Shown here: one piece after another, positions 30,814 to 40,416 of the stretch | Numbering within the stretch: position 1 is the stretch's first letter | Layout: every line of letters starts with the position of its first letter | Assembly (NCBI GenBank): GCA_041640595.1 | Contig: JBEPZY010000002.1 | Location: 372,651 to 436,650 of the forward strand | Length of the DNA stretch: 64,000 nt | Direction of reading: 5' to 3' | DNA from: Gemmatales bacterium | GTDB lineage: Bacteria; Planctomycetota; Planctomycetia; Gemmatales; HRBIN36 | Notes under the pieces: generated by a model | Told to the model about the DNA's origin: nothing | The model's database searches: none | Seen by the model: only the letters and a program-made list of their open reading frames with translations | Made by a program: the position numbers and the translations under genes

Positions 30814-32541
30814 CTAAGGATCAATATATGCAGTTTGAATTCTGAAGCCTAACGCAGATTTCGAATCCCTAAACAGCACAACTCTAACCTTATGTCCCCC
30901 CTGCAGCTGGCTAGCACCCCTGGCAAGCACCTGCCCAACAGGTTCTGAGAATTGTGTTTGGAGGGCCAGTGAGCGAGCCTCCTGGCCGGTTTGGCGCAAC
31001 CAATCGGCAATTTTGTCAGCATGTGCCTCCAGGACTCGGGCGATGTAATTCTCCGCTTCGTCCAGTGAACGAAAAGTACTGACTGTCGGAAGGTTTGGCT
31101 CTGCTTCCAAACGCTGGAGCAACTCCCTCAGGGACTTGCCCACGTGTTTTGAGATGGTATGCCCGCCAAGACTCTCGTGATAGAGTAAACCACTTTCATG
31201 CCCAAAAAATCGTTTGAGCCACTCCTTTTTGAGCTGGCCTGGTGTAGTGAACAGACGCCGGGAGAACATGAAACGATCTTCTAGCCCGGCGGGAAGCCGT
31301 GGCCCAACTCGGGTGCCGAGTATCACATTTCCATCTCCGGCTATCACCCACCGCCGACTGGCGTTAGCAACGTCGGAGGCGCTTTCCAGCGTCAGGGCTC
31401 CAGCACCCTTGCCTGCCGCTGATACGACAGATCCTTCGCCAGCAAGCAGCAAGTGGCGGGTGGGAGCAGTAAGGTCGTAGGCACGATGCAGGGTTATCGC
31501 TTTAGCACTGGAGTAAAAACCTGCACCCATGGATAGTCCTATATCTGTATATATGGCTGCCCTTTCAGCATGCTCAGGTGGCAGCACGAACTCGTAGCCG
31601 TAGCGCAACGCGCTCTGGGTAAACGTCTCGCGGTCCTTCCCATCTAGCATATTGCACCAGCCAGTGCGCAAGTTGTCCCAACCGTGAAACACCAGAAATG
31701 TCCCTGCGCCTTTCGTCGTCAGGCTCGGGTCAGGCGAAAGTATAAGTCCAGCTCCTCCAACCACTTCCAACGCACCTCCAACCATCATTAGTCCGTTTAC
31801 CACGTACCGGCGAATCCACGCCCGTACTCCCCCTGACTGGGCCGGCGTCGCACTTATCACTAAACTCATACCTATGGGGTAATAATCAATGTGCGAGTTA
31901 GAATCCTGCTCGCTAGTAGTATTCTGACTGCATGAAGTTTGCGCATGACCAAAGCTATCCTGGACAGGTAACAACAAATCCGCGGTCGGCATCTGCGACT
32001 CGTCCCCGGTATCATCAGATGAACAATTACCTTGGAAATTAGCGGAACCACAACAGCAACATCCTTCCAGATCGCGCAAGCTAACCCCGGCATCCAGCCG
32101 CACCTGTATGGGTAGGTCAGCGAAACGCTCGCCCAGCGTACGTGGAGCCACTAACAAACTATATGCGTGCACATAATTTTCCCAGGCCTCTAATTCCTGT
32201 TGCTGCCAGCGTTGCTCCGCAGCAGCAACTGAATCCTTAAACGCCGATTCTAAGTCCCGAACCATAGGCTCTAAATCTCTAACCAATCGGCTCAAACTAT
32301 CGCCATACGTATTCCAGGCTTGCGCCTCCGCTAGTTCGAACTCTGACCTTGCCCTCTGGATTGCGAATTCCCACACACTGTAGGCCGCCGCCTCCGCTTC
32401 GAACCATGCATCAGCAGCCCGACTAAGTGCAGCGGCATAAGCGGCGTAAGCCTCCGCCTCTTGATTAGCGTATTGTTCGTCTTGATATGGGTCTGCCAAT
32501 CGCGCATCCCGCCTGGCTCCCGCCTCCGCATAGGCATGGTC
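30814..32541 (-). pseudogene. Orphan toxin cassette: coiled coil + hydrophobic hairpin + bacterial RNase A-like (CdiA-CT type) toxin domain
   Basis: C-terminus 'HESLGGHTISKHVGKS..EL..RL.....VSTF....AE....VRVVL......GFRIQTAY'; frame opens after TAG-TGA at DHAYAEAG with no start codon. Confidence 0.85.
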
Positions 32542-32603
32542 TCACTACACCATGCTTTTCGCCTCGGTAGCAATAGATCACTATTGTTCGTCTGAATTAA
32601 CGC

Positions 32604-33836
32604 TTACTTCTTTGGATCGGCAGCAAGACCATCCACATACTGCTGGGGCACCTTCCATATGACAATGCGCCCTTGGGAACTTTGTTTGTCATTTTCGACG
32701 GCAGGACGTCTTCGCAGATGTGAGGAGATGGCGAGTTTTGTACCATCGCGGGAAATCGCGGCCACCCAAAATTCCCAATCAGGGTTACAAGATTCGGTTT
32801 TGCAGATGCGGCGTGCCTTCAGGTCCCAGACCTTCAGCACACTTCTTGTGACTTCTTCCTGCTCCGGCGGGTCGAATTCCTCGGCGAGCACGTATAGGTA
32901 GCGCCCGCTCGGACTTATACATCCGAATGGATAGTAACAATTCGAGTCCCGCAATATTAGGGAAGCCGGGGTCGGAATGACGAAGCTGGGTTGTTCCCAA
33001 TTCTCACAGGAATAAATTCGACATACCCCGTTGGCATAAATGGTTGCCAAAGTTTTGTCATCTTCACTGAGAGACATCCACATTAAACTATCAGTTACCA
33101 AGGGGTAAAGTGTGTGCAAAACTTGGCCGCGAACCACTTTTGGAGGAACGTCTTCCAGAATCCATGGCACAAGGATAGCCGGTGAACCAAAAGACTGATC
33201 AGACGCGAAAAGGAACTTGCCATGCCCAGGAACTATGAGCTGGTCAATCTGCGCTAGAGAGAGTCTTACCTCTGCAAAACATTGCCAATTAGTCACTGAG
33301 TAAAACTTGATCCGTGACTCAGGTAGTTTTGTCGGGTTTTGCGTGGTCGGCCCGTCGCCTTCTAGTGCCACTGCTAAATATTTCCCATCCCGGCTAAAGG
33401 CCAAACTCTCTACCCTAGTTTCACCGAAGTCTAGGACTCCTATCCTACGAAAATCCACCAGGCTGAAACACTCAACCTTGTTCTTCCATACACGAATTGC
33501 AAAATATCTTCCATCTCGAGAAACAGATTGCAGCCGCGGCCCAAATGAGTTAGAGGGTAACCACATTCTTCTAGAACTTTTGGACCTGAGATCATATACG
33601 ACTAATTCCTCGCCGGCTGTGTAAATCAGGCGGCTGCCATCCGTGCTAAACCCGAGTAGGCCAGCTGCACTTCCAGACTTTGGGCGTATTTCGTCTAGTT
33701 GTTCCCAATCTGCGTCTGGAACGTTAGGCACTTCCGCTTGCACTAGCCCAGAAAAGGCAAGCACCGCATGGACCACGAGAGTCGCAAAGTCCCAGAACCG
33801 TGCGTATTTCATTTGCTTCTGATGCGCTCGTTTCAT
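32604..33836 (-). CDS. Exported WD40/beta-propeller protein
   Basis: AGGAG RBS, signal peptide (..GLVQA), 'FSTDGSRL', 'VESLAFSRDGKYLA', 'LKVWDL'. Confidence 0.87.
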   Translation of the reverse strand: MKRAHQKQMKYARFWDFATLVVHAVLAFSGLVQAEVPNVPDADWEQLDEIRPKSGSAAGLLGFSTDGSRLIYTAGEELVVYDLRSKSSRRMWLPSNSFGPRLQSVSRDGRYFAIRVWKNKVECFSLVDFRRIGVLDFGETRVESLAFSRDGKYLAVALEGDGPTTQNPTKLPESRIKFYSVTNWQCFAEVRLSLAQIDQLIVPGHGKFLFASDQSFGSPAILVPWILEDVPPKVVRGQVLHTLYPLVTDSLMWMSLSEDDKTLATIYANGVCRIYSCENWEQPSFVIPTPASLILRDSNCYYPFGCISPSGRYLYVLAEEFDPPEQEEVTRSVLKVWDLKARRICKTESCNPDWEFWVAAISRDGTKLAISSHLRRRPAVENDKQSSQGRIVIWKVPQQYVDGLAADPKK

Positions 33837-33850
33837 ACACATTCTCCTAC

Positions 33851-34858
33851 TTACAATTTGCCCATTGCTTGATCGGCTGCCTGCAGATATTGCGCATAAG
33901 CTTCGTCCGCTAGATTCTGCACCGTGGCAACTGCGGTTTGCCAGCCGGAGTCGCGCTCATTCACGGCTTGCTGCACCGCGGTAATATAGATAGCGTTCGC
34001 CTGTTCGACACGCGCAACATAGGCGGGATAGGGATCCGTCTCCACCCGCCACTGGAAACTAATCTCCTCCCAGTCGCCGCTTACCGGGTCAGTAACTGTG
34101 AGAACCACCGTATAGTCGCGAATGTGTGATTCAGGAGTGACTAAGTCCGCGTCTATAGTCCTCTGTACCGTGCCATAGAGGGAGTCGAAACTTAGTCCCG
34201 AAGGCAGATTTTCATAACTAAACATCAAGGGGCCGGAGAAGCTGCCCTGCGTGTAACTCAGCTGCGGAGCGAAGAACACCGTCTCGCCGGGATGGCTAAC
34301 CAGCGTGCCGGGCGTCTCCACCGAAAAGGTGTTATCGAGAATAATAAACGGCACGATGGCCGACTCGGTTTCGGTGCCATCGGAGACCGTGATAGTGGCA
34401 TTATAGGTTACGGGTGAACCGTTACGTGGCACGGCACTGCGGAGAGCGGCACCACTAAACTCACCGGTGGTCGGGTCGTAACTAATGCCGGGTGGCAAGT
34501 CGCGGACACTAAACGTCAGACTCCCGGCCAGGTTCGGGTCATAAACGACACGAACATAAGCTTCGCCGCCATAAATCGGTTCGTCCTCATACTTAGTCAC
34601 GGCGGGCGAGGCCTCCAGAGTGAAATGATTCGCAGTCAAGGTGCGAGGCTCTAAGCGTCCGCATCACGCTAAGCATTACATAGAGGGCGAGGATTTCGGG
34701 TTCTAAGCATGGAAACTGCAATCGGACAGATGGGTGAGGCTTTACCTCGATGCGGAAAAGTTTACCGAACCATGCACGAAGCCAGGCGCAGAGCTTCCGT
34801 GTGTGTGTGTGTGTGTGTGCTGGTTGCACACACCGTCGGCGAAGTAGGGCGTGCTCAT
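33851..34858 (-). pseudogene. Disrupted head gene of the toxin array: LEPR-type leader, 2 He_PIG domains, start of the Ala-rich coiled coil, then truncated
   Basis: ATG 34858, (CA)10 tract, 'RKLCAWLRAWF..RLQFPCLE' in one frame and 'RLEPRTLTANHF' in the Ig frame; 'DLPPGISYDPTTGEFSG', 'ENLPSGLSFDS'. Confidence 0.75.
34799..34818. repeat. (GT)10 / (CA)10 dinucleotide microsatellite
   Basis: Read directly from the sequence. Confidence 0.97.
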
Positions 34859-35048
34859 AGTTGTGTCTGCTTTAGAACGTGGACGTGATGCTGAGTTGGG
34901 CCGCTGAACTTGCTTTTATCAAAAATCCGCGGCCGTCTCAAGAGGAAACTGAAAAATTTTTCTGCCGAGGAAATTTTCCTCAAGTCATTCCCGTAGCGTA
35001 GGTTGCGTCAGCGGCGCAAACTCGATAGGGAATTCGGGGCATGCCGAG

Positions 35049-35145
35049 GGCGGATGTTGAACCATGAAGCGGCACTGCGCTGACATATCCATGTCAACAA
35101 TCTTGTCAAAGCCCGGCGGATGTTGAACGATTAAGCGGCACTGCG
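35049..35145. repeat. 31-bp direct repeat pair separated by 35 bp
   Basis: GGCGGATGTTGAAC(C/G)AT(G/T)AAGCGGCACTGCG at 35049 and 35115. Confidence 0.85.
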
Positions 35146-35370
35146 GGGGCTGGCCAATACCGTTCGCCGTGCGTTTGCATTCGCACGCGGAGCTAAGCGA
35201 AACACCCACGGCACCGGCACCCCGATGCCGTCCGCCGTTGGTTTGCTCACACACCCAGCGTGTATTCGACCTGCGTTGGCGGGAATAGGGCAGGTTTGCG
35301 GATACCGTTAGCAAGTCAGCCAATCAGGCGAGTGATGCTAGAAATTAATTCGCATATTTGCCGGTCAAGC

Positions 35371-35560
35371 ATGCGGTGAGGCGACGTTGCCAAAGCCCGA
35401 AACATGGCTCAAAAGAAAAAGGGGGATTCCAGCTCCCACGAAATGCAGTGAGAGGACGTTGCGAAAGCCCGAAACACGGTGTCGAAATAACATTCTCCTA
35501 CAATTGGGATGGGTGAACGAACATTTAGCCAAAGCCCAAAACATGGTGTCGAAATAACTT
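35371..35560. repeat. Three degenerate ~70-bp tandem units
   Basis: AAAGCCC(G/A)AAACA(T/C)GG x3; TGTCGAAATAAC x2. Confidence 0.75.
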
Positions 35561-35626
35561 CCTATAGCGGGAAGGGATGTCACCTCCAATCGAAACGGAA
35601 TTGCGAAAACTCCATAGCAGCGTTGG

Positions 35627-37333
35627 TCAACGTTCTGCGGTAGTGCCGACGGGTTCCTGCGGTTGATGGTTACTTCTGCGGGGGATAGATTCCAAAAGGC
35701 CCAGCAATTGTTCGACGCGGAAGGGTTTGAACAGCGTGCCTACGATCAAACCATCCTGTCGGGCCCGAATAATCGCATGTTTAGCGTCGTAACCGAATCC
35801 GCTCATCAGAATAATGCTGCTGTCCGGTTGCACCTGCCGCAGTTGCTGGCAAATTTCATAACCATCTTCGTAATCGGGCAGGCGAATATCGGTCACAATA
35901 GCGTCGTAGGGGTTGAGGCGGGCCATACAAACAGCCTCTTTACCGCTGCGAGCAGTTTCCACGACACAACCGAACCGTTCCAGCAAACTGTGAGCGGAGC
36001 GGCGAACACGCTCGTCACTATCCACCACCAGCACTCGCATTCCCCGCAAGCGTGTGTGTTGCTGATCAGCCGGTTCCGGTTTGTGTGGCGTCATAGTTTC
36101 CCCCACGCGTTCGATGCACTCTTTGATGGAGCGAGCGTTCTGCTCGATCTGCCTGAGCAGGCGGGCGATTTCCTGATCGTGGCCAATATACCGCTCCTGG
36201 AGCGTGGCGGTGGTAACCAAGATTTCGTCCAGAGGCAAGGCCATTTCCCGACGCAACAATTCCAGCGACTGGCTAATCGTTTCGCGTTTTTCCGCGGCCA
36301 GCAACTCCAGGGTATAAATAGCGTGAGCAATTTCGCGGCAGAAAATTTCCAGGAACTGCTGATCCTCTTCCGTGAAGGCGTTGAGCCGGGGACTTTCCAC
36401 GTTAAAGGTGCCGATGATCCGGTCCTGAAACACCAGAGGCACGGTCAGTGAGCTACGCGCACCCCTGGCTCCTTCCAGATACAGGGGATCATGAGCGGTG
36501 TCCGGACAAAGGTAACTTTTGCCGGTAGTGGCGACGAAACCGGTAATACCATTTCCCTGGGGTCGGGCGTACAGTTCGCGCTGGGTGGCCTCTGGCGTGA
36601 TACCTTCCGCGACCAGCAATTCCAGTTTGCCGGTGGACGGATCCAGCAACCGCACCTCGATCACGTCGTAATGCAACAACTCATGGGTATAATGCAGGAT
36701 GTTATGCTTGAGAAGCTCGATACGCTCCTGCGGTGACATCCGCGCCAATTGTTGCGGCGACAACGCGGCCAGTTCCCGACCAGCACGGTGAATGGCGTCG
36801 AGTTTTTGCTGACGTTGCCGCTCGCTGGTGATGTCGCGGGCCAGGACAATGTAATGCGTAACTTCGCCCTGCGACGATCGCACCGGAGTTACGGTCAATT
36901 CCAGAAAAATCCCTGCGCCGGTTCGCACGCAGGTCATGACCCGGCCTTGCTCGGCAGCAGCGTGAAAGGGACTATACTCCGGGCCGAGAATTTCCGGGGA
37001 ACCTAAAGCATCGTAAAAACGCCTGTCTTCCACCGGTCCGTCGCACCAGGAGCGAAACCGCGGATTGGCCCACACAATTCGCCAGTCCTGGTCCACCAGA
37101 GCCACACCGTCTTCCAGCAATTCGAGGATGCGATCCGCCTGGAGCACGGTTCCGGCTTGCTGCAACAGATTCAGGTCGCGGATATCAGCCAGCACACCGG
37201 CGAAGTCTTCGCGTCGCAACAGAGCCAGGGCCCGCGGCAAACTGTCCACATAGACAAACTCAACTCGCTCATCATCCGCTAACAGCGGGTTGCTCTGGGG
37301 TGAACTATGAAAGACCAGGATGCGGCGTGTCAC
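35627..37333 (-). CDS. PAS-GAF-receiver signalling protein
   Basis: PAS ('DGVALVD..WRIVWAN', 'LARDIT'), GAF ('GITGFVA..G', 'S.LTVPL','FTEED'), REC ('VLVVD', 'DAIVTDIRLP', 'FKPF'). Confidence 0.88.
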   Translation of the reverse strand: MTRRILVFHSSPQSNPLLADDERVEFVYVDSLPRALALLRREDFAGVLADIRDLNLLQQAGTVLQADRILELLEDGVALVDQDWRIVWANPRFRSWCDGPVEDRRFYDALGSPEILGPEYSPFHAAAEQGRVMTCVRTGAGIFLELTVTPVRSSQGEVTHYIVLARDITSERQRQQKLDAIHRAGRELAALSPQQLARMSPQERIELLKHNILHYTHELLHYDVIEVRLLDPSTGKLELLVAEGITPEATQRELYARPQGNGITGFVATTGKSYLCPDTAHDPLYLEGARGARSSLTVPLVFQDRIIGTFNVESPRLNAFTEEDQQFLEIFCREIAHAIYTLELLAAEKRETISQSLELLRREMALPLDEILVTTATLQERYIGHDQEIARLLRQIEQNARSIKECIERVGETMTPHKPEPADQQHTRLRGMRVLVVDSDERVRRSAHSLLERFGCVVETARSGKEAVCMARLNPYDAIVTDIRLPDYEDGYEICQQLRQVQPDSSIILMSGFGYDAKHAIIRARQDGLIVGTLFKPFRVEQLLGLLESIPRRSNHQPQEPVGTTAER

Positions 37334-37629
37334 GGTTGCAGTAGCTCAGCTGGCCATCGCAAAGGGCGTATCTCGCTTCGCTGGAATTATAACGCAGCAG
37401 TTGACTGGTTACAAGCCAGCCTGCCTGCTTTCTCTGGAGTGCCCAAGCCTCAACCGTGGCAAAGGTGCTATTTCTGTTCTCACAAATTTCTCATGCCTAT
37501 CCTCTAGCCTGATTTTTGAGCGGGTGATAGACTGAGCAGTAACCCCGCCGGAACCGGATTGCCTCGATGAATTAAAGTCTCGCCAAACGTCCGGTTCCCG
37601 ACGACGGGTTGATCAAAAGGAGGCGCACC

Positions 37630-38703
37630 ATGTCAGCCGATTTGCCGAAGCGGATCGTTTGCCCGGACTGCGAGGCCTGGGAAAGTGGCGACCTGAGCCG
37701 CCGTGATTTCTTGTGGCAAGCCAGCCTGGCCACCGCGACCATTGTCAGCCTGGAAGGCTATGCCGTGCCGCGGGCCCAGGCGGCTCCGACCCCCACCAGT
37801 GCCGCCGAAACCCTCGTCAAAGTGCTTTACGAAAAACTCACGCCGGAGCAGAAAAAAGTCGTCTGTTTCCCCTGGGATTACAAGGACGAACGCCGGGGTG
37901 TGCTTCGCACCCACGTTTCTAACAACTGGCACATCACCAAACCAGCCATCGCCAGTGATTTCTTCACGCCGGAGCAAAAAGACATCATTCGCAAAATCTT
38001 CTGCAACATTTTCAATCCCGATTGGGTCGAGAAGATTGATAAGCAACTCCGCGATGATACTGGTGGCCGACCCTGGGGCGCCGATCAAAACATCGCTATT
38101 TTCGGACGTCCCGGCGAAGACAAATTCATGTTCGTGATGACCGGTAGGCATCTGACGATCCGTTGCGACGGCAACAGTGAAGCTCACGTAGCGTTCGGGG
38201 GCCCGATTTTCCACGGTCACGCCGCCAGCGGCTTCAACGAAAAACCGGGCCATCCCGGCAACGTCTTCTGGCATCAGGCCGTCCTGGCCAACAAGGTGTA
38301 CCAGATGCTCGATGAGCGGCAGAAGAAAATCGCCCTGGTAGATCGTCGGCCGCCGGAGTCCCGAGTGCCTTTCCAGGGCCCGAACGGCAAGTTCCCCGGT
38401 ATCCCTTGCTCCGAACTCAGCCGCGACCAGAAAGCGCAACTCGAACTCGTTCTCCGCAGCCTCCTGGAGCCTTACCGCAAGGAAGACCAGGACGAGGTGA
38501 TGGAATGTCTGAAAAAGCACGGCGGACTCGATAAGTGCCACCTCGCCTTTTACAAGGAAGGCGACCTCGGCGATGACGGTGAGTGGGACAACTGGCGGCT
38601 CGAAGGTCCCGCGTTTGTCTGGTATTTCCGTGGTACACCTCACGTCCACATCTGGATCAACGTCGCCGACGACCCCAGCGTCCCGCTCAACGCCAGCGGC
38701 TAA
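37630..38703 (+). CDS. DUF3500 family protein with Tat signal
   Basis: 'SRRDFL' Tat motif; 'AIFG.P', 'GRHLT', 'GGPIF.GH', 'WRLEGP', 'HVH'. Confidence 0.8.
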   Translation: MSADLPKRIVCPDCEAWESGDLSRRDFLWQASLATATIVSLEGYAVPRAQAAPTPTSAAETLVKVLYEKLTPEQKKVVCFPWDYKDERRGVLRTHVSNNWHITKPAIASDFFTPEQKDIIRKIFCNIFNPDWVEKIDKQLRDDTGGRPWGADQNIAIFGRPGEDKFMFVMTGRHLTIRCDGNSEAHVAFGGPIFHGHAASGFNEKPGHPGNVFWHQAVLANKVYQMLDERQKKIALVDRRPPESRVPFQGPNGKFPGIPCSELSRDQKAQLELVLRSLLEPYRKEDQDEVMECLKKHGGLDKCHLAFYKEGDLGDDGEWDNWRLEGPAFVWYFRGTPHVHIWINVADDPSVPLNASG

Positions 38704-39072
38704 CAGCCCACTGCACGGCAAACCCTGAGCATTCCGTCCCGGAGCCGCCCTGACGTGGCGGCTCCATTTCCATTTGCGCTTCGACTTTTTTCGTAGCGTT
38801 CCCGATCAGAACCCGATCAGGAAACGGATTGGAACTTTAGGCACCAAGCACCGGAACCGTTGTTTCGCTCCGTTTAGACTGGCTGTAGTGCGCCCTGTTC
38901 GTAGCAGGCGACTGGCTCATCAGAGAACATGTGTCTCGCCAGGAGCTTTTACCGACTTACCTATTGGAGCGCGAAGGGCACAACCGCTATCTTCCGGAAT
39001 CCTGAGTTGGCCGAGCGGAAACAGTGCGGTGCGCGCCTGTGCTATCGAAGCAATCCGGAGGGTATCGCTCGA

Positions 39073-40416
39073 TCACAGCACTTCCCGAAGCGGAGCAGCC
39101 TCGACGAGATGCTGAGGTCGTCCGGTCGGGTCGAGGATAGTCGTTTCTGACGGGTCAATGCCCAGGTTGTGATAGACGGTGGCGATCACTTCCTGGAACG
39201 TCACCGGCCGCTGGGCAGCGTACTCACCGAGACGGTTCGTCGCACCAATGACCTGGCCGGTTCGCATGCCGCCACCAGCAAGCAATGCACAGCTGACCTG
39301 CGGCCAGTGATCGCGGCCGGCGTCCTTATTGATCCGCGGTGTACGACCGAATTCGCCCCAAACCAGAATGGTTACATCCTGCAACATGCCGCGCTGGTCT
39401 AAGTCCTCGATTAGCGCACTGAGGCACTGGTCGAGTTTGCCACCGTGATCGCGAACCAGGTCGAAATTCTTGCTATGGCTGTCCCACCGGCCATAGGTAA
39501 GCGTTACCACGCGAACTCCCGCTTCTATCAGTCGTCGGGCGAGCAGGAGTTGATCATTGACCGTTGGGGCACCATCGTACTGGAACTTATACGGCTTGCC
39601 ATCTCCGTACCGCTGCCGCACCGATTCTGGTTCCCGCGACAAATCCAGGGCTTCGAGCAACTTGCTCGAGGTCAGCACATCGAAAGCTCGCTGGGTCATG
39701 GCATCCAGAGCGGCAATCTGGCCAGACGTATCGAGATCACGGCGAAGCTGGTCGAAACTTTGTATCAACCGCCGGCGATCATAGAGATGCTCCAGCGTGA
39801 TTCCCTTAAGTTTCATATTCTGCAAACCTTCGCCGTCGGGTCGGAAGGCGCTGTAGGCTGGCCCGAGGAATCCCGGCTGTCCCGGATCGGACCAGGGACG
39901 ATGCTGCGTCGGTTGCGCCAGACCGACAAAGGGCGGCACTGCCGGATCCACTGGCCCCTGCACTTTCGCCACGACCGCGCCCACACTCGGCCGACCGCCG
40001 AGGTTGGCCAGCGACACGTGCGGCCAGCCCGTCATGCATTGTTCCGGTGCATGACGGTCTATCGCTCCCACGATCGAACGGATGATCACACACTTGTCCA
40101 TGAGCTTTGCCAGCCGCGGAAACACCTCGCAGATCTGAATGCCTGGAACGTTTGTGGGGATGGGTTGGAATTCGCCGCGGATTTCTTTCGGAGCTTCGGT
40201 CTTGATGTCCCACAAATCCTGGTGCGGTGGGCCACCTCCCAGGTAAATGTGGATCAGCGCCTTATGCGACCGCTTTCCCTGAGCGGCTTCCGCACGAAAC
40301 AGATCCGCCAGGGTGAAATGAAATGCTCCGAAGCTGAACGCCCCGATTTTCAGGAAGTGCCGACGGGTCAGACCATCGCAGTAACGCGTTCGGGCGGGGA
40401 CAGGAATGCCGAGCAT
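39073..40416 (-). CDS. DUF1501 family protein
   Basis: 'CDGLTRRHFL', 'GGPPHQD.WD.K', 'WDSH', 'WGEFGRTPRIN..AGRDHWP'. Confidence 0.93.
   Translation of the reverse strand: MLGIPVPARTRYCDGLTRRHFLKIGAFSFGAFHFTLADLFRAEAAQGKRSHKALIHIYLGGGPPHQDLWDIKTEAPKEIRGEFQPIPTNVPGIQICEVFPRLAKLMDKCVIIRSIVGAIDRHAPEQCMTGWPHVSLANLGGRPSVGAVVAKVQGPVDPAVPPFVGLAQPTQHRPWSDPGQPGFLGPAYSAFRPDGEGLQNMKLKGITLEHLYDRRRLIQSFDQLRRDLDTSGQIAALDAMTQRAFDVLTSSKLLEALDLSREPESVRQRYGDGKPYKFQYDGAPTVNDQLLLARRLIEAGVRVVTLTYGRWDSHSKNFDLVRDHGGKLDQCLSALIEDLDQRGMLQDVTILVWGEFGRTPRINKDAGRDHWPQVSCALLAGGGMRTGQVIGATNRLGEYAAQRPVTFQEVIATVYHNLGIDPSETTILDPTGRPQHLVEAAPLREVL

Larger units (their letters stand above)
21560..35000 (-). other. Lower-GC genomic island: polymorphic toxin / immunity cassette array
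   Basis: Visible drop in GC and frequent TTA/CTA/ATA codons; all ORFs on the minus strand; alternating truncated exoprotein cassettes and partner genes; boundaries approximate. Confidence 0.8.

Noticed and set aside
30165..32541. Diversity-generating retroelement TR/VR pair
   Set aside because: Mismatches between the 101-bp copies are not adenine-specific, the block is not at a C-terminus, and no reverse transcriptase is present
35049..35145. Minimal CRISPR (31-bp repeat, 35-bp spacer)
   Set aside because: Only two copies, no typical repeat termini or internal palindrome, no cas genes; kept only as a direct repeat
21560..35600. Prophage, ICE or classical cdiBAI / Rhs locus
   Set aside because: No integrase, phage or conjugation genes, TpsB transporter, haemagglutinin or YD repeats were recognised
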